DNA of 39,706 nt from an uncultured Bacilli bacterium (GTDB lineage Bacteria; Bacillota_I; Bacilli_A; RF39; UBA660): positions 1-39,706 of the forward strand of contig CAKONX010000002.1 of the NCBI GenBank assembly GCA_934098345.1, given 5' to 3'. A program made the translations under genes and the position numbers. The notes beneath the pieces are model-generated. The model saw only the letters and a program-made list of their open reading frames with translations, ran no database searches and was not told where the DNA came from. Position 1 is the stretch's first letter. Every line of letters begins with the position of its first letter. Positions 1-8,940 of the stretch are shown here, one piece after another.

Positions 1-44
1 TATGTTGTGCAAAGATGCATATACTAATAATGCCTTATGGCAAT

Positions 45-159
45 AAAAAAGCTAGTGATTCCCACTATAAGAGGAACTAAAAAAAGAAGCGATTCCGGCT
101 TTAACAGGAACTAAAAAAAGCGGCGATTCCGGCCATAACAGTGAACTAAAAAAAGAACT
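45..159 (+). ncRNA. Tandem-repeat antitoxin RNA array of a type III toxin-antitoxin system (ToxI/antiQ-like): three 34-35 nt units plus a partial fourth
   Basis: Units 45-78, 79-112 and 113-147 share the pattern aaaaaaag..gcgattcc..aaca..gaact. A partial unit (148-159) runs into a terminator hairpin. The array lies directly upstream of a ToxN/AbiQ-family ORF, which is the canonical type III TA layout. Confidence 0.8.
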
Positions 160-190
160 AGAGAGCACACTCTAGTTTTATTATTTTTTT
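156..190 (+). terminator. Intrinsic terminator between the antitoxin repeats and the toxin gene (the leaky terminator typical of type III TA loci)
   Basis: Stem aactagag (156-163) pairs with ctctagtt (170-177) around a 6-nt loop. A T-rich run (ttattattttttttt) follows. Confidence 0.75.
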
Positions 191-220
191 TAGTGTACAA
201 TAGTTATTGAAGGTGATATT

Positions 221-733
221 ATGAAAGAATCTTTAATTTTAGTTAGATTAGATACAGAATATTGTAACTATTTAAGAAAATTTGATGATAAGGTTCCTTA
301 TAATTATAACGAAAAAGAGTTAAGACCTTTTGTAGGTATATTATTTGAAGTAAATAATTGTAAGTATTTTGCACCTTTATCTAGTCCTAAACCAAAACAT
401 TTAAAATTGAAATCTAAATTAGATTTTTTAAAAATAGATAATGGTAAGTTAGGAGCGATTAATTTTAATAATATGTTACCTGTTACTGAAAATAATATTA
501 TTAAATTAGATTTAGACAAAGAATGTTTAACTAGGTCGGAAGAAAAATACACAAAATTATTAAAAGAGCAAATCTATTGGTTAAATCGTAATGATGAAAA
601 GTTATATGGAAGATCTAAAAAATTATATGATAAATACATAAATGGTACATTAAATTTGAGCATTGCTGAAAGATGTTGCAATTTTAAATTATTGGAAGAA
701 AAATGTATTGAATATAACAATAAGGTAGTATAA
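221..733 (+). CDS. abiQ: Type III TA system toxin, ToxN/AbiQ-family endoribonuclease (abortive infection)
   Basis: The 170-aa product has the family pattern: YLRKFDDKVP near the N-terminus, KYFAPLSSPKPKH, and CNFKLLEEK near the C-terminus. Size and the upstream repeat array plus terminator match AbiQ/ToxN loci. RBS gaaggtga lies upstream. Confidence 0.85.
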   Translation: MKESLILVRLDTEYCNYLRKFDDKVPYNYNEKELRPFVGILFEVNNCKYFAPLSSPKPKHLKLKSKLDFLKIDNGKLGAINFNNMLPVTENNIIKLDLDKECLTRSEEKYTKLLKEQIYWLNRNDEKLYGRSKKLYDKYINGTLNLSIAERCCNFKLLEEKCIEYNNKVV

Positions 734-957
734 ATTCTAGATATTAAATGTTATATATTTAATTGATAAAAATAATAATAAATAGTATATTATTAGTTGA
801 GATAGTTTAATTGAACATGTTAGCCACTTATGGATGGTGTTAGTTATAAATGATCTCGGTTGAAAATGTTTAAAACTTTATTTTTTAAAATATAGTTTTC
901 TTTTTTTCTAATATTAATAAATCTGAAAGTTTTGGGTAAAAATGCTAATTTATGTAA

Positions 958-986
958 TTGACTTAAATATTTTTTTGTTTTAAAAT
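958..986 (+). promoter_or_regulatory. Sigma-A type promoter for the pheST leader
   Basis: TTGACT (958-963), 17-nt spacer, TAAAAT (981-986), immediately upstream of the T-box leader. Confidence 0.55.
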
Positions 987-992
987 AGCATT

Positions 993-1201
993 AGTGATGC
1001 ATTGAATGTGCCTAAGTAGTAATATAATACATTAGAAGAGATAAGATATCATTGGCTGAAAGTATCTTAATTAAGGTTATATTATGAAATTCAACACAGG
1101 AGCAAAACCGTTAATTTCGCGTTAAGAAAAATAAGATGATTAATAAGTCATGAAATAAGGTGGTACCACGGTAGTTCGTCCTTAGCTCATGGCTTTTTTT
1201 G
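993..1201 (+). promoter_or_regulatory. T-box riboswitch leader, Phe-specific (specifier UUC)
   Basis: Conserved T-box sequence aataaggtggtaccacgg lies at about 1154-1171. AGAGA-like agaagaga sits at about 1034 and an AGTA-like box at about 1015. The specifier-loop context gaaaTTCa places UUC at 1090-1092. The terminator helix pairs agtcatgaaataagg (1146-1160) with ccttagctcatggct (1180-1194), followed by a T run. It lies directly upstream of pheS. Confidence 0.85.
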
Positions 1202-1219
1202 TTTATAAGGAGGATATTT

Positions 1220-2269
1220 ATGAAAGAAAAATGCGAATCAATTAAAACAAATATTTTGAATGATATTGAAAATGTTAATACTTTACAAGACGTAGTTGAT
1301 ATTAAAGCAAAATATATTGGTAAATCAGGTTTAATAACAGAACTTACTAAAAATATGAAAGAATTAACTATTGAAGAAAGAAAAGAAGTTGGAGCTTTAG
1401 CTAATACTTTAAAAAATGAAGTACAAAGTATAATAGAAGAAAAAGAAAATTCTATTAAACAAAGTATATTAAATGAAAAGTTAAAATCTGAAAGTATAGA
1501 TGTTACTTTACCAAGCACAAAATTTAATTATGGAAGAGCAAATATTCTTGAAAGAGTTATTGAAAATATTGAAAGTATATTTATGTCCATGGGTTATGAT
1601 GTTGTTGATGGACCGGAAATTGAAGAAGATAGATTTAACTTTGAGCTTTTAAATATTCCAAAAGGTCATGCTGCAAGAGATGCTCAAGATACATTTTATT
1701 TAAAAGACGATGAGATTTTACTTAGAAGTCAAACTAGTCCAGTTCAAGCAAGAACAATGTTAAAAGGTGAAGGTAAAACTCCAATAAGAATGATTTGTCC
1801 AGGTAAAACTTATAGAAGAGATGATGATGATGCAACTCATTCACATCAATTTATGCAAATTGAAGGATTACTTGTTGATAAAGATATTAGCTTATGTGAT
1901 TTAAAAGGAACATTTGATGTATTTGCTCAAAATATATTTGGAAGTGAACTTAAAACAAGATTTCGCCCTTCATATTATCAATTTACTGAACCAAGTGTAG
2001 AAATGGATATTGAATGTTTTGAATGTCATGGTAAAGGTTGTGCACTTTGTAAAAACACTGGTTGGATTACTGTTGGTGGAGCTGGTTTGGTTCATCCAAA
2101 TGTATTAAGAAATTGTGGATATGATCCAAATGTTTGGTCTGGATTTGCATTTGGTTTTGGTGCTGAAAGAGTTGCAATGTTAAAATATGGAATAAAAGAT
2201 ATTCGTGCATTTTATAATTTAGATTTAAGAGAAGTTGAAAACTTTGATAGAGTGGATGGTGAAGTATAA
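1220..2269 (+). CDS. pheS: Phenylalanine--tRNA ligase alpha subunit
   Basis: Class II aaRS motifs (FRPSYYQFTEPS, GAGLVHPNVL, GFAFGFGAERVAM). The likely start is ATG 1220, preceded by aaggagg, rather than the track start at 1199. Confidence 0.97.
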   Translation: MKEKCESIKTNILNDIENVNTLQDVVDIKAKYIGKSGLITELTKNMKELTIEERKEVGALANTLKNEVQSIIEEKENSIKQSILNEKLKSESIDVTLPSTKFNYGRANILERVIENIESIFMSMGYDVVDGPEIEEDRFNFELLNIPKGHAARDAQDTFYLKDDEILLRSQTSPVQARTMLKGEGKTPIRMICPGKTYRRDDDDATHSHQFMQIEGLLVDKDISLCDLKGTFDVFAQNIFGSELKTRFRPSYYQFTEPSVEMDIECFECHGKGCALCKNTGWITVGGAGLVHPNVLRNCGYDPNVWSGFAFGFGAERVAMLKYGIKDIRAFYNLDLREVENFDRVDGEV

Positions 2270-4638
2270 TGATAAGTATGAATTGGGTTAAAGATTATGT
2301 AGATCTAGATGGAATAGATTTAAATGATCTTGCTGTTAAAGTTACTAAAGGTGGACTTAATGTTGAAGCTGTTATTAATCATCATATAGATAACCTAGTT
2401 GTTGGTGAAGTCGTTGAATGTATAAAACACCCAGATTCAGACCATTTACATGTTTGTAAAGTTAATGATGGAACTGGCATTAGACAAATTGTATGTGGAG
2501 CTAGTAATGTTCGTGAAGGTATAAAAGTAATAGTTGCTTTACCAGGAGCTATTTTACCAGGAGACTTTCAAATTAAAGAAGGTAAAATTAGAGGTGTAGA
2601 ATCTAATGGTATGATTTGTGCTTTATTTGAACTTGGTCTTGAAGAAAAAAATGATGAAACTTATGCTGCAGGTATTACCGAGTTACCAGAAAGTGCAGTT
2701 GTTGGAACTGACCCAATGATTGCTCTTGGATTAGATGATACAATATACGATTTAGATAACCATAAACGTCGTAATAATGACTGCTATTATCATATTGGAT
2801 TTGCTTATGAAGTAGCGACTGTTTTAAATAAAAAAGTAACATTACCAGAAAGTAATTATAAAGAATGTGATGAATCTATTAAAGATAAATTCTCATTAAG
2901 TGTTGAAACTGATAAATGTCCTTATTATATAGCTAAAATGGTTAAAAATGTTAAAATAGGTGAATCTCCTGAATTTATTAAACAAAGATTAAAATCTGCA
3001 GGTATGCGTTCAATTAACAATGTTGTAGATATTTCAAATTATGTAATGCTTGAATATGGTCAACCTTTACATTTCTTTGATTATGACAAACTTGGAGAAA
3101 AAGTTGTTGTAAGAGATGCTCATGATGATGAAAAAATTATTACTTTAGATGGTAAAGAAAGAGTTTTAACTAAAAATGATATAGTTATAACTGATGGAGA
3201 AAAAAGTGTTTGTATTGCTGGTGTCATGGGTGGAGAAAATACTGAAGTTGATGAAACTACATGCAACATATTAATAGAATCGGCAATATTTAATGCAGTT
3301 TCAATTAGACTTACAGCTCAAAGACTTGATTTAAAAAGTGAAGCAAGCATTAGATATGGTAAAGGTTTAAATTTTGAATATACTGAAGAAGCTATAAAAA
3401 GAGCTTGTTACTTACTAGAAAAATATGCTGGTGGAGAAGTATTAAAAGACGAAGTCAAATATGATAATATTGATAAAACTGAAAAATGTGTAGATTTTAA
3501 AGTTGAAGATATTAATAAAATGTTGGGCATTAAATTATCTGAAAATGATGTAAAGACTGAACTAGATAGACTTGATTTTAAATATGAATACAATAATGGA
3601 GTATTCCATACAACTATTCCTAGAAGAAGATTAGACGTTGATGCTAATATTAATGATATAGCAGAAGAAATTGGTAGATTCTATGGATATGAAAATTTAG
3701 TTTCTACTATACCACGTGTACCAATTCGTATGGGAGTTTATTCTAAGGATGTAAACTCTAGAAAACTAGTTTCTAGAAGATTAAGAAGTGCAGGTTTAAA
3801 TGAAGCCAAAACATATACGTTAGTAAGTCCAGAAATGGCTAAATTATTTAAATATGATAAAAAAGAAAATGCTATTTTACCTAATCCGATGAGTGCAGAT
3901 AAAAGTGTTATTAGAACAACTATTTTACCTTCACTTTTAAATGTATATGAATATAATAAAGCTAGAAAAGTAAATGATGTATTGATTTATGAAATAGCTA
4001 AAACTTATGATAAAGATTATGAAGAAACTACTAAAGCAGCCATTTTAATGAAAGGTAATTATTTAGTAAACCCTGCATTAAATGTAAATGTAAAAGTTGA
4101 TTTCTTTGTATTAAAAGGAATTATTGAAAATCTATTAGATTTCTTAGGATACAAGAATAGATATTCATTTGTTAAAGATGAAAATATTGATAGTATGCAT
4201 CCTAATATGAGTGCAAGAATTATGCTTGATAGAAATGAAATTGGTATAATTGGTAGAGTTCATCCATCACTTAAAAAAGATGAAATATATGTATGTGAAA
4301 TAAATTTAAATGCACTTTTAGGTAATATTAAACCAATAAAATATAAAGTTGCATCTAAATATCCAAGTATTGAAAAAGACTTTGCTTTTATTGTTGATAA
4401 TAATGTAACTAATAAGGAACTTATGGATGTAATTAAGAAAAGTGCTGGTAGAATGCTTGATTCAGTTAATGTATTTGATATATATGAGAACATTGAAGAA
4501 GGTAAAAAATCCATGGCATATAAGCTTATATTTAAAGATGAAACTCGTACATTAAGTGATGAAGAAGTAATGGAAGTATTTAATAAAGTTATAAATGATG
4601 TTGAAACTAAATTAAATGCTAAGTTAAGAAATCAATAA
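2269..4638 (+). CDS. pheT: Phenylalanine--tRNA ligase beta subunit
   Basis: 789 aa. N-terminal tRNA-binding domain (NWVKDYV, HPDSDHLHVC), B3/4 and B5 regions, and a C-terminal FDX-ACB-like domain (YPSIEKDFAF). The start overlaps the pheS stop (TAATG). Confidence 0.97.
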   Translation: MISMNWVKDYVDLDGIDLNDLAVKVTKGGLNVEAVINHHIDNLVVGEVVECIKHPDSDHLHVCKVNDGTGIRQIVCGASNVREGIKVIVALPGAILPGDFQIKEGKIRGVESNGMICALFELGLEEKNDETYAAGITELPESAVVGTDPMIALGLDDTIYDLDNHKRRNNDCYYHIGFAYEVATVLNKKVTLPESNYKECDESIKDKFSLSVETDKCPYYIAKMVKNVKIGESPEFIKQRLKSAGMRSINNVVDISNYVMLEYGQPLHFFDYDKLGEKVVVRDAHDDEKIITLDGKERVLTKNDIVITDGEKSVCIAGVMGGENTEVDETTCNILIESAIFNAVSIRLTAQRLDLKSEASIRYGKGLNFEYTEEAIKRACYLLEKYAGGEVLKDEVKYDNIDKTEKCVDFKVEDINKMLGIKLSENDVKTELDRLDFKYEYNNGVFHTTIPRRRLDVDANINDIAEEIGRFYGYENLVSTIPRVPIRMGVYSKDVNSRKLVSRRLRSAGLNEAKTYTLVSPEMAKLFKYDKKENAILPNPMSADKSVIRTTILPSLLNVYEYNKARKVNDVLIYEIAKTYDKDYEETTKAAILMKGNYLVNPALNVNVKVDFFVLKGIIENLLDFLGYKNRYSFVKDENIDSMHPNMSARIMLDRNEIGIIGRVHPSLKKDEIYVCEINLNALLGNIKPIKYKVASKYPSIEKDFAFIVDNNVTNKELMDVIKKSAGRMLDSVNVFDIYENIEEGKKSMAYKLIFKDETRTLSDEEVMEVFNKVINDVETKLNAKLRNQ

Positions 4639-4666
4639 AGTCTCAAAATTGAGACTTTTTCTTTTG
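4639..4666 (+). terminator. Intrinsic terminator after pheT
   Basis: agtctc (4639-4644), loop aaaatt, gagact (4651-4656), then tttttctttt. Confidence 0.8.
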
Positions 4667-4712
4667 GGGTTTTTATGCTATACTAGTTGAAATTTTTATG
4701 AGAAGGGATTGT

Positions 4713-6260
4713 ATGAAGAAATATAAACCAACAAAAAAACATATTAATAGAACTAATTACAACAAATCTAAACAAAATATGATAGATGAAGCTAATAGGC
4801 TTAAAGAATCAGGTGCAATAGAGGAAGGAATAGAAATACTTAAAAATGAAGCAGCTTTATCAGACGATGAACACCTTATTTTTGCACTTGCTAAATTTTA
4901 TATGGCTGCATTAAATTATGAATCTGCTTTAGAAGAGTTAAAAAAAATAGAAAATGTTTCTACAATTAATCACTTTTTTATATATAGTTTAATGGCTCAA
5001 TGTTATTTTGAAAAGAAAGAATATTCTAAATCTTATGAATATAATGTAAAAGCATATGAAGCGGATGAAAGAAAATCTGATAAATCTTTAAAATACATTT
5101 TGATATCTGCTCGAAATGCTAAAATTGGTAAAAGTTGTCTTAAATATATAGATAGTCATCCAAAGATTAAAGATAAAAAAACTCAATTTGAAGTTATCTT
5201 TATCTATAGGGATTTAGATATGTTTCAAGAAGCTTTAGACTATATAAATCAAAATGAATTAGTTCCAGATAATTATAGACAATATATATTATTTGCTGAA
5301 GTATGTTATGAAGCTGAAGATTTAGAAAAAGCTAATTTTTACATTAGAAAAATATGTGATTTAAATGATAGTTTTTATATTCTTTTGAAAGCAAAAATTC
5401 AATTTAAAAATGAAAATTATAACGAAAGTATAGAGTTATTAAATATGTTACTTGAAAAAAAAGAATTAGTTGGAATAGCTCATATTTGGTTAATTGAAAA
5501 TTATCTTAGGTTGGGAAGGCTTTCAGAAATTCAAAACATTTTGAATGGTGGCTATTTATATGACGATGTAAAGAAAATCTTTCAGGCTAATTTGGATATA
5601 TATAACAAAAATTATGTTCATGCTAGAGAATTAATATATGATGTTATTAAAAGACAACCTACAGTACTAAATATGTTTTTTTTAGTTAGTTTGGATTTAA
5701 GAGAAAAAAAGTATGAAGAAACTTTAATGGATGCAGAAAGAACTTTAGATCTATTTGGTGCCTCATTATCTAGGCCACAACGATCTTCCTTGTTTAGAAT
5801 GATAGCTGTTGCTAAAGTGAATTTGGGTATTCCAGTTACTGGAAATGGCTATTATTTCAATCAAATAATTAATTATTCTAAAGAAAGAGCCATTGAACAT
5901 ATAAGAAAACATTATGAATCTATTGGAAGTAAAGGAATATTTTTTCCTGATATGAATTTAGAAGAAACATTTGAAATAATTGAAAAGAGAATATCGGTTA
6001 TTGATCCAAGTTATTTGGGTGTAAGGTCTTCAGGTGATTCATATTTAATTGATTTTGAAAATGCTGGAATAGTTGGAAGTACAATATTAAATAAAATGCA
6101 AGTTGTAACAATTATTAACACAAAGAAAATTATAACTTTTTATCCAGTTAGCAAACTTTCTTTTAACTATGAAACTGAGGAAGAAGTAAGAAAAGAAAAG
6201 GCACCAATTAAAAGATTAAGTCAAATCGAAAAATTTAATCAAAGATATAATAAAAAATAA
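4713..6260 (+). CDS. TPR-like repeat protein, function unknown
   Basis: Repeated A/Y/L-rich helical units typical of TPR (ALAKFYMAALNYESALEEL, MAQCYFEKKEYSKSYEY, and others). ATG 4713 has better RBS spacing than 4698. No catalytic motif was recognised. Confidence 0.55.
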   Translation: MKKYKPTKKHINRTNYNKSKQNMIDEANRLKESGAIEEGIEILKNEAALSDDEHLIFALAKFYMAALNYESALEELKKIENVSTINHFFIYSLMAQCYFEKKEYSKSYEYNVKAYEADERKSDKSLKYILISARNAKIGKSCLKYIDSHPKIKDKKTQFEVIFIYRDLDMFQEALDYINQNELVPDNYRQYILFAEVCYEAEDLEKANFYIRKICDLNDSFYILLKAKIQFKNENYNESIELLNMLLEKKELVGIAHIWLIENYLRLGRLSEIQNILNGGYLYDDVKKIFQANLDIYNKNYVHARELIYDVIKRQPTVLNMFFLVSLDLREKKYEETLMDAERTLDLFGASLSRPQRSSLFRMIAVAKVNLGIPVTGNGYYFNQIINYSKERAIEHIRKHYESIGSKGIFFPDMNLEETFEIIEKRISVIDPSYLGVRSSGDSYLIDFENAGIVGSTILNKMQVVTIINTKKIITFYPVSKLSFNYETEEEVRKEKAPIKRLSQIEKFNQRYNKK

Positions 6261-6301
6261 TTTAAAACTTAAAAAATTCATTTCTCTTTAAGTAGCAATT
6301 A

Positions 6302-6310
6302 TGTTATAAT
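6302..6310 (+). promoter_or_regulatory. Candidate extended -10 promoter (TGtTATAAT) for parAB
   Basis: tgttataat lies at 6302-6310, about 38 nt upstream of the parA start. The -35 is weak. Confidence 0.35.
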
Positions 6311-6347
6311 CTAATATGTAGACAATAATTTAGGAATGAGTGGTATT

Positions 6348-7136
6348 ATGGCTAAAGTTATATCGTTAGTAAATCAAAAGGGTGGAGTTGGAAAAACAAC
6401 AACTAGTATTAATTTATCAGCATCATTAGGTAAATTAGGAAAACGTACTCTTTTAATAGATTTGGATCCTCAAGGTAATACGTCTACTGGCTTAGGTATA
6501 AATAAGGGTGATATAACTGCAAGTGTATACGATTGCTTAAATGGAAGTGTTACAGCTAAGAAAGCTATAATAAAAACTAGATTTACAAACCTATTTATAA
6601 TGCCTGCAACAATTAATCTAGCAGGAATAGATATAGAATTAATAGAAATGACACATGAAAATAATGATTTTAAAATGAATGAACAATTAAAACATGTGTT
6701 AGAACCAATAAGAGATAATTTTGATTATATAATAATTGACTGTCCACCTAGTTTAGGACTTCTTACAACTAATGCCTTAGTAGCAAGTGATTCGGTAATT
6801 ATACCAGTTCAATGTGAATTCTTTGCTCTTGAAGGTATAACTCAACTTTTAAATACAATTATTATGACTCAAACAAGACTAAATCCAAGATTAAGAATTG
6901 AAGGTGTTTTATTAACTCTTTTAGATTCTAGAACAAACTTAGGTCTTGAAGTTGTAGAAGAAGTGAGAAGATTCTTTAATGAAAAAGTGTTTGATACAAT
7001 TATTCCTCGTTTAATACGTTTAGTAGAAGCACCAAGTCATGGTGAGCCAATTAATGAATATGATCCAGAAAGTAGAGCAGCAAAAGCATATAACAATTTA
7101 GCTGAGGAGGTTATAAGAAGAGATGAGTCAAACTAA
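6348..7136 (+). CDS. parA: ParA/Soj chromosome partitioning ATPase
   Basis: Deviant Walker A NQKGGVGKTTT, then LIDLDPQGN and IIIDCPPSLG. The start is probably ATG 6348 (MAKVISLVNQKGG); the track ORF begins at 6336. Confidence 0.95.
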   Translation: MAKVISLVNQKGGVGKTTTSINLSASLGKLGKRTLLIDLDPQGNTSTGLGINKGDITASVYDCLNGSVTAKKAIIKTRFTNLFIMPATINLAGIDIELIEMTHENNDFKMNEQLKHVLEPIRDNFDYIIIDCPPSLGLLTTNALVASDSVIIPVQCEFFALEGITQLLNTIIMTQTRLNPRLRIEGVLLTLLDSRTNLGLEVVEEVRRFFNEKVFDTIIPRLIRLVEAPSHGEPINEYDPESRAAKAYNNLAEEVIRRDESN

Positions 7137-8007
7137 TACAAGAAAAGCTTTAGGAAAAGGGTTGGAACAATTATTCAACAGTGAAATGGATTTTAATACA
7201 TTTGAAAAGGATATAGTTGAAAATACAAATAAATCTGATATTGTTGAAATTGATATTGCTGATATTAGATCAAATCCTTATCAACCAAGAACACATTTTG
7301 ATGAAGAAGCATTAAAAGAACTTGCTGAATCAATAAAAGAACATGGATTACTTGAACCAATTATAGTTAAAAAAAGTATTAAAGGTTATGAACTTGTTGC
7401 TGGTGAAAGAAGAACTAAAGCAAGTAAGTTAGCTGGTTTAAAAACAATTCCAGCAATTATAAAAGATTTTAATGATTTACAAATGATGGAACTTGCATTG
7501 ATTGAAAATATTCAAAGAGAAGATTTAAGCGCAATAGAAGAAGCAAATGCTTATAAAAAATTTATTGATAACATGGGTTATACTCAAGAAGAGTTAGCTA
7601 ATAGATTTAATAAATCAAGAACATATATTACAAATTTACTTGGTTTACTTAAACTTCCTGTAAGTGTTCAAAATATGGTTATGGATGGAAGTATTACTTC
7701 AAGTCATGCTCGTGTTTTAAGTAAAATGGAAGATGAAAATGAAATTATTAAACTTGCAGAAAGAATTAAAAATGAGTCACTTACTGTAAGAGATATTGAA
7801 GATATTTCAAGAGATACTGAAATACCAAAAAGAAAACAAATAAAAAAGGAAGAAAAAGATTTAAAACTAAAGATTTATGAAAATACTTTAAGAGATGTTA
7901 TTGGTACTAAAGTAAAAGTCTCTAAAAATAAAGTAGTTATTCCTTTTGATAGTAATTCTGATTTAGATAGAATTATGGAAATATTAAATATTAATATTGG
8001 AGACTAG
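7123..8007 (+). CDS. parB: ParB/Spo0J chromosome partitioning protein
   Basis: ParB box motifs (IRSNPYQPR, LVAGERRTKASKLAG) and an HTH region (QEELANRFNKSRTYITN). Overlaps the parA 3' end. Confidence 0.95.
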   Translation: MSQTNTRKALGKGLEQLFNSEMDFNTFEKDIVENTNKSDIVEIDIADIRSNPYQPRTHFDEEALKELAESIKEHGLLEPIIVKKSIKGYELVAGERRTKASKLAGLKTIPAIIKDFNDLQMMELALIENIQREDLSAIEEANAYKKFIDNMGYTQEELANRFNKSRTYITNLLGLLKLPVSVQNMVMDGSITSSHARVLSKMEDENEIIKLAERIKNESLTVRDIEDISRDTEIPKRKQIKKEEKDLKLKIYENTLRDVIGTKVKVSKNKVVIPFDSNSDLDRIMEILNINIGD

Positions 8008-8010
8008 TAT

Positions 8011-8883
8011 ATGGATTACATAAGTAAAGGTAAAGAAATTATTAATTCAAAAGATGGTATAGTAGCTGCTTTTGGATATGGATCTAGTTTTTTTCATCAA
8101 GCAGGTTATAGTGAAAAAACTGTTAAAAGTATGGACTTTATATTTGTAGTTGATGATTTAAAAGAATGGTTTAAAAATGATATTTCTAAAAATGGTGAGT
8201 GTTATACTGATAATAGTAAAAAAAGACTTTTAAAAATACGTACTAAAAAATTAAGAGGAAAAACTGGTATAATTTATAATGTTGTAAGAAATACAGATGT
8301 TAAATATAAATTTGGAGTTATTGAAAAAGAAGACTTTTTAAATCATTTAAACACATGGGATAGTTTTTATGTAACAGGAAGAATGCAAAAACCAGTTTAT
8401 ATTTTTAAATCAACTGAAGAAATTGATGAGGCCATTGATAATAATAGAAAAAATGTATTAGTTGCAACTTTAGCTATTTTAAATAAAAAAGAAACAACAT
8501 TACATGAAATGTTTAATGAACTATGTTCACTTTCTTATATTGGAGATATTAGATTTATTATTGAAAATCCAAATAAAGTTTCTAATATAGTTAATGGTAG
8601 TTTAGAAAATTTAGTTTCTATATATTCTAAATATTCAGAATATATAAAAATAGATGGAGAAAATGTTTTAGTATACTTAGATAAAGTTCTTAGTGATATA
8701 AAATTATTACCAAGTAATATAAAAATAAATAATAAAAATATAAGTAATTCCTTATATAAGCATATAAAAAGAGTCAATTTTAAAGAAAGTGTATGTCAAC
8801 CTTTAAAAGGTTTAAAAGTTACTGGAATTAAAGATTCACTTTCTTATTTAAAAGAAAAAGCTAAAAAGAAGAAACTCAAGTAG
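8011..8883 (+). CDS. Tam41/Mmp37-like protein (putative phosphatidate cytidylyltransferase-type nucleotidyltransferase)
   Basis: AAFGYGSSFFHQAGY, MDFIFVVDD and FYVTGRMQKPV resemble conserved blocks of the Tam41/Mmp37 family as I remember them. Starts 3 nt after the parB stop. Confidence 0.5.
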   Translation: MDYISKGKEIINSKDGIVAAFGYGSSFFHQAGYSEKTVKSMDFIFVVDDLKEWFKNDISKNGECYTDNSKKRLLKIRTKKLRGKTGIIYNVVRNTDVKYKFGVIEKEDFLNHLNTWDSFYVTGRMQKPVYIFKSTEEIDEAIDNNRKNVLVATLAILNKKETTLHEMFNELCSLSYIGDIRFIIENPNKVSNIVNGSLENLVSIYSKYSEYIKIDGENVLVYLDKVLSDIKLLPSNIKINNKNISNSLYKHIKRVNFKESVCQPLKGLKVTGIKDSLSYLKEKAKKKKLK

Positions 8884-8907
8884 TTTATGAACACTTGAGT
8901 TTTTTAT
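8874..8907 (+). terminator. Intrinsic terminator after the parAB-tam41-like unit
   Basis: actcaagt (8874-8881) pairs with acttgagt (8893-8900), followed by tttttta. Overlaps the stop codon. Confidence 0.75.
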
Positions 8908-8940
8908 ATTAAGTAATGTATAATATAGATGGTGAATAAA

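Noticed and set aside
45-159. Possibility that the 34-35 nt direct repeats form a small CRISPR array.
   Set aside because: The repeats are contiguous with no spacers, are A-tract initiated, end in a terminator and precede a ToxN/AbiQ gene. No cas genes are present. A type III antitoxin RNA is the better explanation.
304-552. Track ORFs lying antisense to or overlapping confident genes: 304-552(-), 1111-1518(-), 3408-3593(-), 4260-4514(-), 8535-8777(-), 13228-13533(-), 19462-19734(-), 21408-21611(-), 24158-24379(-), 37442-37651(-).
   Set aside because: All lie fully inside well-supported genes or the T-box leader on the opposite strand. They have low-complexity, Leu/Ile/Ser/Phe-rich translations typical of shadow ORFs in AT-rich DNA. 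None has a convincing RBS or recognisable motif.
796-870. tRNA-like look of gttgagatagtttaattgaac...atctcggttg between abiQ and the T-box promoter.
   Set aside because: There is no T-loop (GGTTCGAAT-like) sequence, the acceptor pairing is imperfect and the arm spacing is wrong. It is probably just spacer.
6336-8007. A parS site (TGTTNCACGTGAAACA) in or near parAB, and DnaA boxes indicating oriC.
   Set aside because: No match to the parS palindrome or clustered TTATCCACA boxes was seen by eye anywhere in the window. Absence by manual scan is not proof.
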